In this document: in pieces, positions 13,263-26,425 of the stretch
Layout of the letters: each line of letters opens with the position of its first letter
Numbering within the stretch: position 1 is the stretch's first letter
Source: Octopus sinensis
Lineage: Eukaryota
Reading direction: 5' to 3'
Length of the DNA: 64,000 bases
Assembly: GCF_006345805.1 (NCBI RefSeq)
Contig: NW_021834236.1
Location: 1-64,000, forward strand
The notes under the pieces: model-generated
What the model was told of the DNA's origin: nothing
The model's input: only the letters and a program-made list of their open reading frames with translations
Databases searched by the model: none
Position numbers and translations under genes: made by a program

Positions 13263-14700
13263 GGGGTAGTAGTAGTAGTAGTAGTAGTAGTAGGAGGAGG
13301 AGGAGGAAGCGCAAGGTGAGAGGCTTGTATGAGATGTGAAGACGGCGGCGGCGGCGGCGACGTTGTTGTTGTTGTTGGTGGTGGTGATGGTGTTGCTGGA
13401 GTTTTTCGTGAGGATGGAGGTGGTAGCGGTTTTATCTAGTTGCTGTGTTGGTGGCGGTGGTGGTGGCGGTGGTGGTGGCGGCGATCGTGCTGATGATGTT
13501 GATGGCGGTGGTGGTGTCGCAGTTGTTGTTGTTGATGGCGGTGGTGGTGTCGCAGTTGTTGTTGTTGATGGCGGTGGTGGTGGTTGCGGGAATGGATGTA
13601 GTGGGTTTTACTTAGTTTCTGCTTCGGTGACAATGGTGATAGTGGTGGTGGTGGCGGCGGCGGCGGCGGTAGGAGTGGCGGTGGCGGTCGCTGTGTTGAA
13701 GTCTTTAAATTCAGGTCAGTAACACCTTTCATAAAATTTCAAACTCCACCACCACCACCACCACCACCACCACCACCACACCCACTTTCGTCACCACCAC
13801 CGACTTCGCCCCACCATCGTTGCTACCACCGCCATCAGCCCCACCAGCACCAATGTCATTGCAAAACCACCGTTAACTCAGTAAACCTCCTCCCCCATAC
13901 ACGACGACCACCAGCACCACCGCCATCTACCCTAATATCACCCCGATCTTGTGCACAATGCCAACACCGCCCTTTTTTCGGATATCGACACACAATAACC
14001 ACCAACATTGCTACCAACAGCCACGATAGCAACACATCTGCCACCGCCACCATCGCTTCTATTCTACGACGACCACCACCATCACCTTCGCCACCGCCAC
14101 CGCCGCCAACATCCTCTCCACTACCACCGTCGCCGCTGCCGCCACCACCACCGCCACCACCAACAACAAATCTACTGTCGTTACCTTGAATTACAATTTC
14201 ATCTTTCACTATCGTTATTCAACTATTACCAACACCAACACCACAACCACCAACAAAAGCCTCCCACTACCAATAGCACAACCTCCACTACCACCATCAC
14301 CATGAATTAGATCCACCTACACCTCCATCACCTCCACAGTGTCGACTCCGCTAACACTTTAACAAGCAAAGACTACACCACCACCACCACCACCGTCACC
14401 ACCACCATCACCACCACCATCACCACCACCATCACCACCACCATCACCTCGACCAACAACAGCACCATCACTACCACCACAAGCTACCATTAACAACAGC
14501 AGCAGCAAAAAATCTACGCCATTGCCACCAAGGTCGTTAGCCACCACCACCACCACCACCACCACCACCACTACCACCACCACCACCACCACTACCACCA
14601 CATCCATCACCTCCATCACCACCACCTCCACCACCACACCACCACCTCCACCATCAACGTTGCTTAGATTGACAAACAACGAATTTAAACCAAAGCAGTC
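13263..14700. repeat. Degenerate trinucleotide low-complexity domain, (GGT/GGC)n then (ACC/CCA)n
   Basis: Direct; includes a 33-bp tandem duplication at 13501-13566. Confidence 0.9.
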
Positions 14701-15694
14701 ATCCCCTACAACAGTGCAGATAAGAGAGTGAAAGGAAGAGGATAAAAAAGCTATGGTAACTCTAAGGGCTGGACTATTTGTAACAGTCAGGGGGGTGGGG
14801 TATTGAGAGATGTTTACATGTGCTCCACCCTCTGTTCCTTCATTTACCTTGTCCTCCCTCTAACCGAGGCTGTAGTCAGAAAGTAAATGGATTTTGTGTT
14901 ATGGCCCATTGAAAGCACCTTAGCTGTCATCTGTAGACTTTAATGATATACTTATACAGCTTTGTGTCAATATGAACATACGTGGAGGCTCGTTATATAC
15001 TCTCTTGTGTACTAACAATGTACTAATATCTAACGATGTACTCGGTCGTGTTGAGTTTTTGGGAGAAATGAACTTAGGGAGAAGTTAGATTTTCTAGATT
15101 TCTTTCATTAAGAAACAGGCAATCTCTGTCTGTCTGTCTGTCTGTCTGTTCCTCTCTCTTATACACACAATAATCAAAGTAAAGCGAATCTTTCTCTATC
15201 CTTCTCTCTCATTCACTCTCTCTATCTCTGCCTCTGTCTCTGAATATACATGTAATGTGAATTCGTACACTGTTTCTATCTCGAACAGAGATTTCCTAAC
15301 GGACTAGTTTACTAGTTACTGGATCAGTGATTGTATGACGCAGTATTCCCTATATATTGCGAGCGCGCTCGGATTAATATCATGCCTGGCAAAAGCGTGA
15401 CCGCCACTGAAGTGATTCAATAAAATCGAAATCACGTGACCTGGTGGTCTCCGAACTAGGTAGGTTTGAGTTCTCTCCCGCTTGCAATGAATAGCGAGTG
15501 CGAAAGCGCACTGGATAAGCAACTAGAAGCAATATCTCTTCCTGTGGTTAAAATAGCAGTATTGTCAGTTCTTAGAGAACATTCACGTTAAAGTGACGAT
15601 AAATACTGTCTTATATATATATATATATAATAATAAAAGGGAGTAAATCTAAACTTACAGGGAAAAATTAGATTTAGGATTAAATCTAATTTTA

Positions 15695-15855
15695 TAGTTA
15701 GTTAGTTAAGCAAGGCCATGTAGGGGGACATGGAGTTAAGTACAGGGTGGTGTTCATGTAAAGAGTTCAGGCCACTTGAGGTCCAGGGAGGCTTTGAACA
15801 AAGCGGTCGTCGGCATCTTCACCATCTCGTCTGGAAGCTTGTTCCACGGATCTGC
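15695..15855 (-). mobile_element. 5'-truncated CR1-group LINE 3' end with (CTAA)n tail
   Basis: Reverse complement encodes ADPWNKLPDEMVKMPTTALFKASLDLKWPELFT*, then UTR CTCCATGTCCCCCTACATGGCCTTGCTT; same family as 40260-40472. Confidence 0.85.
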
Positions 15856-15895
15856 TTGATTTGCCTAATAGTGGTTTTATCTCTAATTTAATATA

Positions 15896-15926
<31 letters not shown>

Positions 15927-16309
15927 AATATATATATATAATATATATATATATTATATATATATATTAATATATATATATATATATTAACACAATATAT
16001 ATATATATATATAAACGGCCGTAAGGAACTGACTTAATGTTCATGCATGTGTGTGTAGCATAGTTACTATATGTGTATGTTTTCCTCTAATACTCTCTAA
16101 TACTTTTTAATGCTTTGGAATAAATAGGCACACTGGAATATCTACCGGATGCCGTATGCCGTTTTGTATCCTCTCTATTTTCTTATTTGCCATATATATA
16201 TATACATGCATACATATATGGAACCCTTGTCGTTGTAACCAATGAAGTACCAGTTCACACACACACACATGTATGCATGCATACATACATTCATACATAC
16301 ATACATACA

Positions 16310-16341
<32 letters not shown>

Positions 16342-16567
16342 GGCCGATGGTATTTATAAAGTGTTAATAACATAGAGTTACTGCTGCATTTGTCAAATAT
16401 ATAAACATTTTGGCGGCTTGTTTCTCTGAACATTGTCAGAATGATGTGGACGGCTCTGATGAGGAACCAATGAAGTGAGATGATCGAATTTTTTTCAGTC
16501 TGCGGAGAAATAGCAAAAATTTGCCCTGTTTATAGTTTTACGAAATGTTACGTATATATATATATAT

Positions 16568-16625
<58 letters not shown>

Positions 16626-17042
16626 TATGTTGAACACACCTACATCAGGTATGTGTTTTACTTGTTCGTGGGTTGCTGCGTTTATAGGCGTAAGAGGATA
16701 TACTCTCATCCATATGTCTGGTGTCAAATCACCTGGATGTCATAGACAAGCGAGATAACTCGCATCCGGTCCCATTGAAGAGCAATAGACTAGACGTCGA
16801 TGTTTCGTCATTTTTGTGACTTGTCAGTAACACGTAGCAACAACGATGCCCGACGTAAGCAAAATCGCTGTCTATTACCGTATGAAAAATATTGTACGAA
16901 CGAACTATCCTCTGGTGTGTCCCAATGTTTCATACCACAGAATAAATAGAAATATGAATTAGAAGCAGATCGAGGTACATAAACAATATCGAACACATAC
17001 ACAGGGTATGTATCGGCTGTGTTTATAGGCGTAAGAGAATAT

Positions 17043-17474
17043 GCATTTCTACTCTAGGCACAAGGCTCGAAAGTTTTGGAGAGGGATCCAGTTGATTAGA
17101 TCGACCCCAGTACACAACTGGCAGTTAATTTATCGGCCCCGAAACGATGAAAGGCAAAGTCGACCTCGGCGGAATTTGAACTCAGAATATAAAGACATAC
17201 GAAATACCGTTAAGCATTTTTACCGGTGTGCTAACGTTTCATATTTCTTTACTGCCCACAAGGGGCTACATACAGAGGGGACAAACAAGGACAGACAAAT
17301 GGATTGAGTCGATTATATCGACCCCAATGCGTAACTGGTCCTTAATTTATCGACCCCGAAATGATCAAAGGCAAAGTCGACCTCGGCGGAATTTGAACTC
17401 AGAACGTAGCGGCAGACGAAATACCGCTAAGCATTTCGCCCGGCCTGCTAATGTTTCTGCCAGCTCGCCACCTT
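17043..17474 (-). mobile_element. Family A SINE heterodimer flanked by a 13-bp TSD
   Basis: CGTAAGAGAATAT at 17030-17042 and 17475-17487. Confidence 0.9.
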
Positions 17475-18289
17475 CGTAAGAGAATATAGGACACCACATG
17501 TGTATTCTATAATATTTAAAAACACCGCGTTGCTTCTAGTTTATATGTGTGTGTGTGTGTGTGTGCCTCTGTGTGCGCGCGCATCTTTGTGTGTGCATGA
17601 ATGTATGATTTTTGCATGTCTATATATCTATCGATCTATCTATCTGTCTATCTAAATAGGAGAGCGTGTTCGTACTTTGTTCTCATCCTTTAGTGTCACC
17701 CACTTTGGTATTCGTGGCTCTTGCCTGATCTGAGCGGAGTTTGTATTTGCTTTCATAAGTTAATTGATTGTTGTGTACGAGTGATAAGCATCTGTTGCCG
17801 ACAAGGCTTTATGTCGAATGCTTTTACTAATAGTTAATTCGATGGCATTCATATATTGCCTTTGACAATTGGTCCTAGCCATATTCATTAGAGTGGCTTT
17901 GTCTCGCATACATAACTATATAGAAAATGCCTGAATGAAGATAAGATCAGTTTTCCGAAAGTTTCCGTTTAAAAACAGATCCAATGGTTTTTTTGTTTGT
18001 ATCATCGCTAATGTCTATGCCTGGTCTTGACCTTTAGATAAGCGATTGATAAACTGACAAATACAAAGGCTAATGAAAAAAAAAAATTCTTGATGAGAGG
18101 CAAAAATGGAATTTCATCCATAAAATTCTGTTTCCGTCATGGTAATGAACAAATGTTGACTAATTTGGAATCCATCTTAATTTTCTTAAACAACGGAAAT
18201 TGTCATTTCCTCTTTCAACTCTCACCGACTTCCATCACTCTGTAATAAACACTCTTTTAATACCACTGTCCTCTAACATCTCGTCCGTC

Positions 18290-18640
18290 TTATCGTTCTG
18301 AGCTCAAATTCCGCCGACGTCGACTTTGACTGTCATCCGTTCGGGGTCGATAAAATAAGTACCAATTAAGTTCTGGGGTCGATGTAACCGATTTAAGCCC
18401 TCTCCTGAAATCGCTGGCCTTGTTCCAACTTTTGAAATTGTCCTCTATGTAAGGCTGCAATCTGGCAGAATCGTTAGCCCGTCGAGTAAAATGCTTGGTT
18501 GCTTTTCGCTCGTCCTTTTGTTCTAAGTTCGAATTCCGCCGAGGTCTACTTTACCTTTCATTTTTTCGGGGTTGTTAAAATAAACACTAGTTGAGCACCG
18601 ATTTACCTCCACCCTCAAAATTGCTTTGCCAAAAATTTGA
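18290..18640 (+). mobile_element. Two decayed family A SINEs in tandem
   Basis: CAAATTCCGCCGACGTCGACTTTG and GAATTCCGCCGAGGTCTACTTTACC cores. Confidence 0.7.
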
Positions 18641-19067
18641 ACCAATAAATCATTTCTCTAAATCGTCCATGATTGAGCATTTCTACACCAATCAACAGTG
18701 TATATCTTATTGTATTATTTTTCATTAAAATAATGCTATATCCTTGATTAGAGATTTAACATTTTAAAGATAGTAGTATGCGATTTGAGGCAATCTCGTT
18801 TATTGTACTTAACGATTCCAGCGACGCCGTTGAGACTCACTGATACAGATCTCTTTTTTCCTATTTTATTAGTTTCTGTGTTTTAAAGAATCTATAAAAT
18901 AAATAAGACTTTGGGATTCATAAATATTCGAAGTCATACTATCTCACTGAAATATGCAGTTATTACAAATGTATACACACACGGAACATATTACGCAAAC
19001 ATTATTATAATCAATGTGTATGTATAATTTAGATTCACATCCATGCTCACCATATATATATATATAT

Positions 19068-19134
<67 letters not shown>

Positions 19135-19364
19135 CACGCACATACCAATATACATACATACAGCTGCGGACGAGCTTATATAATACGTATGGATACATAC
19201 ATGCAGTGCAGACACATATATGGCTACATATACACACATTTATACACATGTATATTTATATACAAACAACTACAGGCGTGTGTAAATATACACATGTGTA
19301 GCACTTTATAACATATGATATATATACGTTAATATATATATATATATATATATATCGGGAAAAT

Positions 19365-19520
19365 TCACAAAAAAAAACAAAAGATGAAGACAAGTGGTGT
19401 AGACAACAAACAGATGTATTAGTTTAATTCTCTATGTAACGCTCGGGAAGTGAAGAAGTCTTTAACGTTTCAAGACTACGCTCTTCCACAGAAAGGAACA
19501 CAGAAAGAAACACTGAGAGA
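19365..19520 (-). mobile_element. Probable Penelope-derived relic with decayed hammerhead-like motif
   Basis: Minus strand GGAAGAGCGTAGTCTTGAAACGTTAAAG; adjacent to (TA)n. Confidence 0.4.
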
Positions 19521-20065
19521 ATATATATATATATATGTATGTATATATGCATATACATATGTATACATATATATAAATGTACACACATACTTATACACGC
19601 ATATATACACACGCACTCACACACGCTCACATGCGTATTATAAATAATATATAATCGTATATGCGTGGGTTTACGAGTGTACATACGTGTGTGTTTATTA
19701 CTACATTTGGATTTATTTCTCTAAGTATCCATGTGAGTAATTAAACAGATGACATGAGCCGTTTGATTAGCTATTAAATATGTTCATTATGTTAATACTC
19801 TGATTAACGAAGCATGTATTTGAGGAGGTGTTCAGAAAGTTAATTATTCTAAATTCTGTAAGGAAAGGTCAGGCAATTACATTGAGATTTTGTCTCCAGC
19901 TGTTTGTCATTATGTGGCACTTTCAAAGAAATTGAAACGTGAACTGTGAAAAGAAGCAGCCATTTTTGTTATTTTTTTTTTATAAAATAAAAATGATCTT
20001 TAGGACCACCTTAAACTTATAAAAGTTTTAGCTGCTTTCCTCCAAAATTTGATTCTGCACTGATT

Positions 20066-20123
<58 letters not shown>

Positions 20124-20903
20124 TATATAACTTTAAAGAACATGTTATTTGAATCGATACAACTAAGAACTCCATTGCGCTTTTTATAGTTCATATGATT
20201 GCATTTTTAATGCATCAAAAAAAAAAGATAAGATAATAAAAACTATATAACAGACAAACAATCAAGCAATAATCATCGCCCCAATAAAATATAATACTCC
20301 TAAAAACTACTTCAAAGTCCAAAACAACGTTTTTTCACCTCATTAAGTTCATAACTCTGTGTATTGCAATCAATAAATGATTTGCTTTGGAACGTTGAGC
20401 GTCGGTTTATTTTAGTTTTCAGTTCGACCTCTCGATCTGGTCACTTAAAAGGTTATAAACCATCATTATTTCTGGCTCCCAGTGTTTTCTTGATTCCTTT
20501 TATATGGGCACTAAGCCAATCATTGTGTCTTATTAATCCAACTGTCCCAGTGTATTACAGATTGTTATAGCTTTCGGGGTGAATGAAATAGAGGAATTCA
20601 TGCACTTTGAGTAACCCGACGCTCAGCTATTGTAAGGAATATATAGTTTCGTCTCTCAAAATTCATATCGTGTTTTATGTAATCTCATCTGTTAATTGTT
20701 ATTTATTAGTCTCGTGTTAAACCATACTGACGAGTTGAAGCGATGATGAAATAGCGCTATACACAACTTGCCATGACTGGTATCATTTCTAGATGAAATC
20801 GGGAGAAATTGGGCGCTAAAATTGATGAGTAATATAGAAGGCACACAGAATATACATCTGTAATCTCACTTTATTTTCATACATATTATAAAAGCCTTAG
20901 TAT

Positions 20904-21335
20904 AGGCGCTGGTGTGGCTGTGTGGTAAAAACTTGCTTCTCAACCACATGGATCAGGCTTCAGTCTCACTGCGTTGCACCTTGGGCAAGTATCTTCTACT
21001 ATATCCTCGGGCCGACCAAGGCCTTATGAGTGGATATCGTCGAGGGAAACTGAACGAATCCAGTCTTATATATATATATATACATAGTACATATATATAT
21101 ATGTGTGTGCGTGTGTATTTATGTGTGTTTCTGTATCTGTGTTTGTCCCTTCGTCACCATCGCTTGATAACCGATGTTGGTATGTTTACGTCCTCTTACA
21201 TTAGCGTTTCGGTTAAAGAACCGATAGAATAAGTACTAGGTTTACTGGGGTCGATTTGCTCGTCAAAAACCTTTTATGGCGGTACTCCAATATGGTCGTA
21301 GTCAAATGACTGAAACAAGTAAAAGAATAAAAGAA
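20904..21335 (+). mobile_element. Family B SINE, full length
   Basis: Head AGGCGCTGGTGTGGCTGTGTGG, CORE-like CACCTTGGGCAAGT, tail GACTGAAACAAGTAAAAGAAT. Confidence 0.85.
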
Positions 21336-22739
21336 AGAAAAAATAATATCCGGCCATAGGTAGCTATGTACAGCGCTATTTCATCCTTATTTGAAATCGT
21401 CAGCATAACCCGGGCCAAATAAAGCACATTAAATATTAAATTTGAGAAATATATGTAAGGCATAACAAGTTTTTATCGATGAATTTTGAGAGATGAAACT
21501 AAATTCTCTATTGTTTTTAGATCGCAATCCCTATTGGCTGAAGTTATTGACTAGAACCATGTAAAAAGAATAATAAAAAACACACAAATATGATAAAACA
21601 ATAATGCTTCGTAATCATTAAGAATTCTTTGTGAAAATTCAGATTTTATCGTTCTAGATCTTTTATATTTTATGTGTTTCAGTCATTGAACAACGGTCAT
21701 GTTTGGTCACCAAATTAAAGGGGTTAGTCAGGCTGCCCGACCCTAGTATTCTATTTTTTAAAAAGACCTAGTACTTATTCCATCATACTCCTTTGCCGAA
21801 TCGCTAAGTTACAATATGGAGAGGGTTACACAGCGGACGGAGGAACAAAATCCATACAAAGACACACACACATACATAAACATAGATTCCACTTAGCAAA
21901 TTCACAATCAAGGCATCGGTCGGCCCGGGGCTGTAATATAAAATATTTGCCCATTGTACCCTGAAGTGAGACTGAACCTAAAACTACGAGGTTTAAAAAC
22001 GAGAGACTTTACTATGCCGTTCATATTGTTCTAATATTTGTCCATTCTTTTATTTTTTTTTACTCAAGTAATACTAATTGGAACGTTGGAAATCAATTTC
22101 TCCATTCCAAAAAAATAAGAAAAAAGCAAAACAGCAACAACAATATAGAAGAAATAACCAGCCCTCTCAATCGAACAAAACAATTTGTCTCATTAGAAAA
22201 AGTAATTAAATACATCCATAATGAAATAGTTATCTCGTTAACGGATCACATTTTCCAATTACAAATGTAATATTAGAGCCAGTGTGAATTATCCAGATGA
22301 GGTGCTAAACAAACTAAAAAGAATCTCAAGTACTTGTCACATTTAAGAGTTGTTTTATGGTAATGAATCGCTCGACACGCAAGCAGAATAAAATTATTTC
22401 TGAAAATACAAAATATTACCTTATAAAATTGTTTGAAAACCGACATCAACTAAGAAGATATATATTAAATAAGCTCCAGTATGATATATTTAAACATGGA
22501 AACTTCACATTAAATAATAAAATTTATATATATACATATATCTATATATATTTATGTGTGTTCATAAATTTATATAACAGATGCTAATAGCTTTGTTCGT
22601 TTATTAAATTTAAAGGTATGTGTCTTCGATGTTGTTTCGTAGTTAAGAATGGTTGAAGTGTGACATTGGAACTAGTTTAATTTTGTTAAATACGTAGATT
22701 ATGTCTCGAACGTCGGTCCATAAAGTAGAATATTAGTTT

Positions 22740-23135
22740 TAAATTTTGGTACATGGTCAACAATTTCGTAGGTGGCGGGGGACTAGTGGATTTCATCGAT
22801 CCCTGTGCTCAGCTGGTACTTAATTTATCGACTCCGAAAGGATGAAAGGCAAAGTCGACCCTAGTGACATTTGAACCCAGAATATAAAGACGGATGAAAT
22901 GACGCCAAGCACTTTCTCCCGGCATGCTAACGATTCTGCAAGCTTGCCATCTTATGTTGAAGCATTATATTTGAACTTATATTATTATATTAAAAATTAT
23001 TCCACCGGGGTCGACTTGCATTTTCATCCCTTCGGGGTCGATTAAATAAGTAACAGGTACGCGCTGGGGTCGATGGAATTGACTTAATCCCTTTCCCCAA
23101 ATTTGAGACATTGTACTTCCAGTAGAAAGGATTAT
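22740..23135. mobile_element. Head-to-head pair of decayed family A SINEs
   Basis: Minus copy 22740-22955, plus copy 23005-23135. Confidence 0.7.
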
Positions 23136-24427
23136 TGTTAAAGATTCAGGTTATGTAATATGTGTGTACGTGCGTATGTGTGCGTGTCTCCGCATGTCAA
23201 TTTTTACATTCGTTTCGTAAGCTGTTCGACAAACAAGGATTAATAAAATAAATACCAATTTGAAAATGATTCCTGGTTGCCAGTATGATCGTTTAAATCA
23301 TGTAAGGACATGATCCAGCACGACTAAACTCCAATGACTGAAATCAGTAAAAAAATAATATTGTTCTCCTTCAGGGTTTTTTTTTAATCATTTACATATT
23401 TCTTACATAGCGTCAAATCGTCGTCTCTATATATTCTAAAACAGGGGAACGAACGATCGATCTCATCGACTCAACCGGTATTCGATCCGGCCACGACAGA
23501 ATGACAAGGTGAACGTTCGTGATATTCGAACAGACAATCTAGGAACACGAACCGAATACAATTCTATCCAACGCTGTAACCACACCGCCAATTAACCACT
23601 TTTAAAGGTGATACACACATACAATTAGGAGTGTTTAATCACACAAACTTCAATCTAATTTATTGGTCATCTTCGACTCTACTCTTAAGAAACAATAATT
23701 TCCTTCGGCAATGTAAGAGGTTAAATTTCTAGAACGTTCCACGTAATCAATAAATTAATTAACGTTATTGCAGTCAGGTAGCCAGTATGAATGACGAAAT
23801 CAATCTTGATGTAAAGTTCTAATTTAATTCTTTTCAGTTACTCGACTTCGGCCATGTCGGGACATTAATTTCGAGTGTTTTGGTCGATCATACAGATCTC
23901 AGTGCCATGTTTCGGTTTGTTACTAATAATAGCCGACTCTATTTATCGACCCGCTAAGTTTGAGCTTATCAAGGAACACAACGTAAATAACACTGAGTTT
24001 TGGGAATAAACGCAAACAATGATACAGACACGCACATACGTACAAACGGACATACATATATGCATGCTGACCAACGGATGCTAACATAAAGCAAAAGCTC
24101 AACGGAAAAGAAAATATCAACACTGAATTATTGAGGAATCTACAGCTACTCTATTCAAGTAACATGTTCAAGTTTATACCTGTAATTATTGGGGTACTGA
24201 GACACTGTCTAAATGCCAGTCTTGAGAAATTAGACTTCTCAAAATCAGAAAGGAGAAAGCTGATTTCAAGTCTACAAATCCAAGCCATCACTGGAACTGT
24301 AAAAATCTGCAAAATTTTCCAGTTTATTATTTAAGTATATATGAGTATGTCTAGATATGCAACTATAAGCATGACAACACACACATAAAACGAATCATAC
24401 AAATCTGCAAATATACATACACACAAA

Positions 24428-24835
24428 AGTACCGTTATTGATGTTGAAATTCCAATGAGGGAGCCTTGGATCTAGGTTATAAAGCAACTCTTTCTTTATT
24501 GAAATAAAACTGAATAATGACATACATACATACATACATACATACATACATACATAGATAATACATACATACATACATACATACATACATACATACATAC
24601 ATACATACATACATACATACATACATGCATACATACATACATACATACATACATACATACATACATACATACATGAGTACAAACAAAAATACCCTGTTAC
24701 TGATGTTGATGTTGAAATTTCAATGAAGGAGCCTTGGATCTAGGTTAGAAACTGCCGCTTTCTCTATTAGCAAGAAATCTTGAAATAAAGCTGAACGATG
24801 TCATACATACATACATAATACATACATACGTACAT
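24428..24835. repeat. Two tandem copies of a ~100-bp interspersed-type repeat, each followed by (CATA)n
   Basis: GATGTTGAAATT.CAATGA.GGAGCCTTGGATCTAGGTTA at about 24440 and 24709. Confidence 0.75.
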
Positions 24836-25896
24836 AGTATTTCTTGTGTGTACAGTTCGTTGTATTAGTACTTCTAGTGAGTTTAGAAGCTTCATCTAGA
24901 GGCTTCTAACCCAATATACTTCTAGTAATGTGGTTTGGTTACTAACGCCCCTAATAGTATTATCGATTATGATATACAAAGAAAATATAAGAAAATGTAT
25001 AACAAGTACAAGATCAGTTTATATCAATTATTCACACCGTACGTTTCACCGTTGCGATTATATGCATCTTATGCAGAGTGTCCCCAAGCGCTATTGTACC
25101 ACAACAATTCATCTGGAGGAAACATTATCGCATTACATTTACCCGTATCAAATGTTGTTATGGTTCATATCCATTTGCGTTTGGAACAAAGTAGCGGATG
25201 CAAATGAACATAATGATGAAACTTACTATGAGAACAAGTGGGATAAACTACATCATGTGTTTAGCATAATTTACACACATAAATATATTGTTTGTAAATA
25301 CGTAAGTTCATGTAAAGAAGATCTAGTAGGGGCGGTGAATTGTTATAAGGGGCATTGTTAAACAAAGGTTAGTAAAAAGAAAGGTGTGATAGTTAAATAA
25401 AAAACAGTGAGAAGCAGTGATCTCGAAGGAAGATAAGGGCCGGTATCAAAAGCACCAGGGTCATGGTTCCTCTCTGTAACAAGATATAATTCACTTTAAG
25501 TTTGACTTGGGGTCTAAACTGCGGATGGGATTGCTGGGGCAGTTTCCTGTCTTATGGCGTGTCTTGGGCTTTTATAAAACTGGCACAGTTTATTCAAATC
25601 AAGGTCTGAGAAAATACTTATTACAAAAGGAGTGACAGAGAGAAACGAAAAAGTAAAAAGGAAATGAAGGGAGGTAGGTGGGCGGAGACTGAAGAATGAA
25701 GCTCTGTACTAGACTAAGTAAGTCATTTATGAAGCTAGGGAGGACGACAGAGTTGACCTCGGAGTGAGGTGAATCGGGAATGTAGAGTCAGCAATTCTGC
25801 AACGCAATTATTCGATGCACTAACGCGATTGCCAATTCCCAATAATACATACATACGTACTTACATACGTACTTACTTACGTACTTACTTACGTAC

Positions 25897-25927
<31 letters not shown>

Positions 25928-26425
25928 CACATATACGTACATACGTACATATGTGCATTCATACATACATACATTAATGCATACATAAGTAGATACGTAC
26001 ATACATACATGCATAATTGCATTCATACATGCATACATACATATATGTATACATACATATATGCATACATATAGACATACATATACATATATATATGCAT
26101 ACATACTTGATACATTTACACGCACATACATACATATTACATACAGTTACACACACATACATACACACATACATGTATACATACATGCATACTTACATAC
26201 ATACATACACACACATGCATACATACATACATATATCCATGCATACATAAACATAGATATATATGTGCTCTCAGATATACACGTATATATTTACACATAC
26301 ACACACACATACATTCACACGCACACATATTGCACTATGTGGAACTGACATGTCAATGGAAAGATCCACTGTTTGCGAATCGTAATACAAAAAAAAGGGC
26401 AACTAAAAGAGGTTGATACAGGACT

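Noticed and set aside
13336-14731. Gly/Val-, His- and Thr/Pro-rich ORFs
   Set aside because: Overlapping ORFs in all frames of a trinucleotide tract; composition shifts with frame slippage
20730-20770. CTGACGA...GAAA with palindrome ATAGCGCTAT
   Set aside because: Stem II is mostly wobble or mismatch and stem I cannot form
23726-23740. Perfect three-unit heat-shock element TTCtaGAAcgTTC
   Set aside because: Only nine fixed, AT-rich bases; roughly one is expected by chance in 64 kb and no promoter is evident
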